Shown here: piece by piece, positions 60,120 to 64,000 of the stretch
How positions within the stretch are numbered: position 1 is the first letter of the stretch
Layout: every line of letters starts with the position of its first letter
Translations under genes and position numbers: made by a program
The notes under the pieces: model-generated
Databases searched by the model: none
What the model was told of the DNA's origin: nothing
Seen by the model: only the letters and a program-made list of their open reading frames with translations
Source: Macrostomum lignano
Taxonomy: Eukaryota
DNA length: 64,000 bases
Direction: 5' to 3'
Assembly (NCBI GenBank): GCA_002269645.1
Contig: NIVC01000006.1
Coordinates: 372,001-436,000 of the forward strand

Positions 60120-61885
60120 ATGCTTTCAACCGCACTAGAGAAGATGCAGTACGAAGAACTACTCACCAAAATTTCAAAGTCCGGACCCTGCTACCGATGG
60201 GTCATCACCAATCTTATCGCCATCATTTCCATGAAAGCCGCATTCGACATGTTCATACTGAACCTGGTCACGGCCAGTGTGCCCTTCCACTGCGCTGAGA
60301 TCACGCTTGACAACCAGACGGTGCCATGGTCCAGCATCGCTCACAATGCGAGCATGCCTGACAACTTCACCATCAACAGCTTCATCTGCAGTCGTCCTCG
60401 GTTGTTTCGAGACTCGGACGGATCGCTGCGACTCGAATCATCGTCCGAAGGAAACGCATCGACGGTTAATCGGACCAGCGTCCCGGCCGAGGCCTGCAGC
60501 GCGTGGACGTTCTTGCCTGACCCGCCAACCCGCTGGACCATGTTCATGGAGTACTCCATGGTGTGCGAGCGACAGTACTTGATGGATCGAATCCAGACGA
60601 TGCTGCAGTTCGGAATCTGTCTGTCCACCGTGTTTGGTCCCCTGGGCGACATTATCGGCAGAAAGACGGTGTTGGTCGGCTTTGCCTATCTGGACATTTC
60701 CTGCAACATTGCTGTGATATTCGTCCAAGACCTGACGCTGCAGATGGTGCTGCGCTTCATCATGGGGTTCGGTGCTCCAGCGGTCATCATCAGCACCATT
60801 CTCATAACGGAGCTTGTGGCGGAGGACTACAGAGGCATCCACGGAAATCTAATGTGGATTCTGTTCTGCTTAGGATACAGCGGTTCGGCGGCCATCAGCT
60901 ACTTCATTCACAACTGGAGAGTGCAGACAGCGGTGGCCTGCGCCATTGCTGGAGTCGGCTACGCCACATTTATTCCGGTCATTCCGGAGTCTCCGAGATG
61001 GCTGCTCACGCGCGGCTACACAAAAAGAGCCAAGAAAATATTAAAAGAAATCTGCAAGTTTTCCGGTTGCAAGGAGGTGCTCAACGAGTTTAACTTTGAG
61101 CACAACGAGCTGGTTGAGCCTCCGGATGAAAACAAGCCCCAGAGGAGAACTGTATTTTCAAAATTTTTCCCAGGGAGAACCTATGCCGGCTGGAGTACTT
61201 TGTCACTGTCGGTGTACTATCGTTCAACTTTTTCACCGTGTCCCTGGTCTACTTCGCTCTGTCGTTCAAGAGAGACTTCATCACAAAAGATATCTACCTG
61301 AACGTGCTGATCTCTGGCCTACTGGAGATTCCGGCCTACATCCTGGCCTGGCAGCTCACCAACAGGGCTGGCCGCAAGTACACCAGCATGGCTAATATGG
61401 CATTCAGTGGAGTTGGACTTATCATCATGCCTTTCATTCCAACCAACCCGAACATTGTGTTCCAAGGCAGCAGCGTGCTGGCAATCGCCGTCAAGTTCAG
61501 CGTCACCGTTGCCTTCAGTATCCTGGCCGTCTACGGATCCGAAGTTTTGCCGACTAAAGTCCGCAGCTGCTCATTCTTCGTTGCCTCCATTTTGATGCGG
61601 GGCGCTCAACTGCTGGCACCGGAGATCGGCGGTGCTCTGGCGAGTCTCTACGACAACTTGCCGTCTCTGTTGTACGGCGTGATCTGCGTCCTGGCCAGCC
61701 TGACCATCCTGCTCCTGCCCGAGAGCAAGGACAGGCCGATGCCCAACACCGTGGCTGAGATGGAGCCTGTGGGCTGTCCCTGCGGCGCCCGGAGAACTGA
61801 ACTTGCAACCAATGCTTCCGGCGCCAATGCTCAAGTTGATGAAGACGAGATGAAACCTCTGCAAGTGTTCTCCGTGGACGTTTGA
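60120..61885 (+). CDS. SLC22-like MFS transporter, paralog 3, intronless, with a single-base frameshift at 61137-61140
   Basis: ORFs 60120-61301 and 61238-61885 are two halves of one gene. Adding one C to CCCC gives NKPPEENCIFKIFPRENLCRLEY, collinear with paralog 2 (SCIFKFIPRENLCRLDY). The homologous start is probably ATG 60144. Confidence 0.88.
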
Positions 61886-62488
61886 CGAATTGGGATCAGA
61901 AACAAATAAAATTATTGTAATTTAATCTTTTATCCTCGTTTTGTACTGTTTTCTGCTTTGGAAGCTTCAGAAATGCTTGATAAAAGACGTCCATTGGTCT
62001 AAAGATTTTTGCTACCAACAAGTCCAGCCTTAGTGAAGCAAAAAGAAACTGTCCAGAAACTTCAGTTTATTCTTACTACTAATATCCGTACGAGCGTAAT
62101 TTTTCTATTAAAATACACTAGAGCCAATTTTCTATCTTGGATAGCTGGTTCAATAAAAGCTTCTTATTATGCAGTACGCAGGATCGTTCCTGAGAGACGC
62201 GACTTCACGTGGCATATCTTGGACTGTACGAGCTAGATATTGCACTGTGACCGCGCCTTGCACAGTCAACCCCAGTGTACGCAATGGTACGAACTTACAG
62301 GCGCTAAATCGGGGTGCAAAATTTCCGATAAGAGCGCCGCTAGCCTTCAAACTGTTGGCTAACCAGCCTAATCTGCTTCCAGCAGTGGAAAGCCCGAAGT
62401 TAAAGAGCTGGTTAGCAGTACAAAGCTTTGGTTTGGTGCAAATCCAAAGGCTGCGAGTGTTGCCGAGTGAAGTAGAACAAACCTCGGC

Positions 62489-62953
62489 ATGGGCAACCGT
62501 CTGGTCATGTGCCGCAGGGGCGCCAGCGGACAGGAGACCTACACAACCACGGTGATTCAAGACCGATTCTCCTCTGACATCGACGGTGGCAAAAATTTGC
62601 CTAATCGACGACGGTCAAACGATGAAGACGCCGACGATGAGGACGATGACGGTTTAGAAGAGGAAGCTGAGCACTCTGTGTACGAAATCCGCCCAGTGCA
62701 ACATCAGCATCGAGCTCAAGGTCTGGGCGATCAGAAATCTCCCCTGACTATTTTGACTAATCCGCTGTACGAGGACAGCCCCAATGAGAAAGACGTCCAG
62801 GACGATACGTCGCCAGTTGTCGATGAGGTAGCAGCGGCGGCGGCCGCCGAGGCCGCGCTCGAGAAGGTTCGAGCTGAGGCAGCGGCGAAGCGCAGTTTTC
62901 TGCTTGAGCAAAGCCATCCAGAGGCTAAGCAGCCCGACCCCGTGCTGCTGTGA
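62489..62953 (+). CDS. Orphan acidic 154-aa protein with predicted N-myristoylation (MGNRLVMC) and an NPLY motif
   Basis: GGC-ATG-G start context, GC-rich codon usage like the neighbouring genes, non-repetitive; no family recognised. Confidence 0.6.
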   Translation: MGNRLVMCRRGASGQETYTTTVIQDRFSSDIDGGKNLPNRRRSNDEDADDEDDDGLEEEAEHSVYEIRPVQHQHRAQGLGDQKSPLTILTNPLYEDSPNEKDVQDDTSPVVDEVAAAAAAEAALEKVRAEAAAKRSFLLEQSHPEAKQPDPVLL

Positions 62954-63080
62954 GCACGGCCTTAGTTTATGTTGCTTGACTTGGACTTTGCATGCTAAAA
63001 TTTTTGACAACAATTGCAATTCTCATCAGTTCTTTTCTAACGTCACTCAAACTATTCATATTTGCTGAAATTTACATGTA

Positions 63081-63303
63081 ACCCGTACAGCAAGTACGAC
63101 GTCGTCGATGTCGGCGAACGTTCCCGACGTCTATCGACGTCGCTGAAAAATATGTACTTTTACATTTCACCGAAATTTAGCTGGCGTGACGTCGTTATCT
63201 GTCGTATGAACTCGTAGTCTGTCGATGTAATATAAAGCGACACATTTTTCAGCGACGTAGATAGACGTCAGAAGCGTCGCCGACGTCGGATTGCTGTACT
63301 GGT
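63081..63303. mobile_element. 223-bp MITE with long (~70-bp) imperfect TIRs flanked by TA
   Basis: ACCCGTACAGCAA...GACGTCTATCGACGTCGCTGAAAAAT versus ATTTTTCAGCGACGTAGATAGACGTC...TTGCTGTACTGGT; TA at 63079-80 and 63304-05. Confidence 0.8.
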
Positions 63304-64000
63304 TAGCACATTTTGAAGAAAATTTGAAAAAAATTCTCCTCGAAATCCAAATTTACATTCTAAACGGATTTCGCAAAAACTCTGTAAAGATTACAAGCGT
63401 ATTTGGTGGAAAAAATTGTCTAGAATAACAAACAACAACAAAGAACTCCTCCCACCAATCACACAAAGTGTCCACAAGGGGGAGGAATCAGATGGCACGC
63501 CCATGGGCCAGGTTCCTCAAAAAGTCTCTAGAAAGAATGCACTACGAGCTAAGGAGACAGGAACAGTGGCATTTTGCCTGCTTGTCGGTCTTTGGTATGG
63601 CATTTCAAGAAAAAACGGCTTGATAAACTTTTGAGTCTAAATGTGAGATATTTGAGGAATTTAGAAGATGCTAAAGAACTAAAAACTAGTCCTAGTTTTT
63701 GTCCTAATGGTCTTAGGGTTCTTAGGGCTCTTCGGGTGAAAGAATCCAATTTAAAAAGGATTAGGCCACCCTCTCATCGGACTGAGAGCTTGAGAACAGT
63801 TTGAGATGTGTTTTCTTCCTAGGATGAGGAAGGTAATTTTACCAATAATCATCAGTGCTACATCATCGTTTCATTTTCTTAGCTGTTCACAAGTAAGGAC
63901 ATGCAATGTGAAAGGACTACTTTTGTAATATGCAAATTGCTTTTATTGTTACGCTTGCAAACATACTACTTTCACTAGTCTATTGCTGCATGTTAGGCCA

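Overview
Eukaryotic (animal) genomic DNA with GT-AG introns, GC-rich exons, and introns and spacers packed with minisatellites, microsatellites and DNA-transposon or SINE relics. The overall style and the ATG-less first exons suggest a flatworm such as Macrostomum (inference, not proven). Genes reconstructed by hand: a secreted PAN/apple + F-type lectin; an ApoO/MIC26-27-like MICOS subunit; a type II (alternative) NADH:quinone oxidoreductase; an ankyrin-SOCS box protein; COX15; ITPK1; three intronless SLC22-like transporters plus a relic of a fourth; two orphan ORFs. Main observations: (1) NDH-2, COX15 and ITPK1 each begin at a 3' splice acceptor followed in frame by coding sequence with no genomic ATG, as expected if the 3'-terminal AUG of a flatworm spliced leader supplies the start codon. 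(2) NDH-2 is uncommon in animals, and here its second nucleotide-binding strand is split by a 297-bp TIR element with a perfect 8-bp target-site duplication. (3) One 3.1-kb ITPK1 intron is a tandem array of its own acceptor-like unit, with a ~690-bp higher-order period. Most entries in the ORF track are repeat-derived or antisense shadows.
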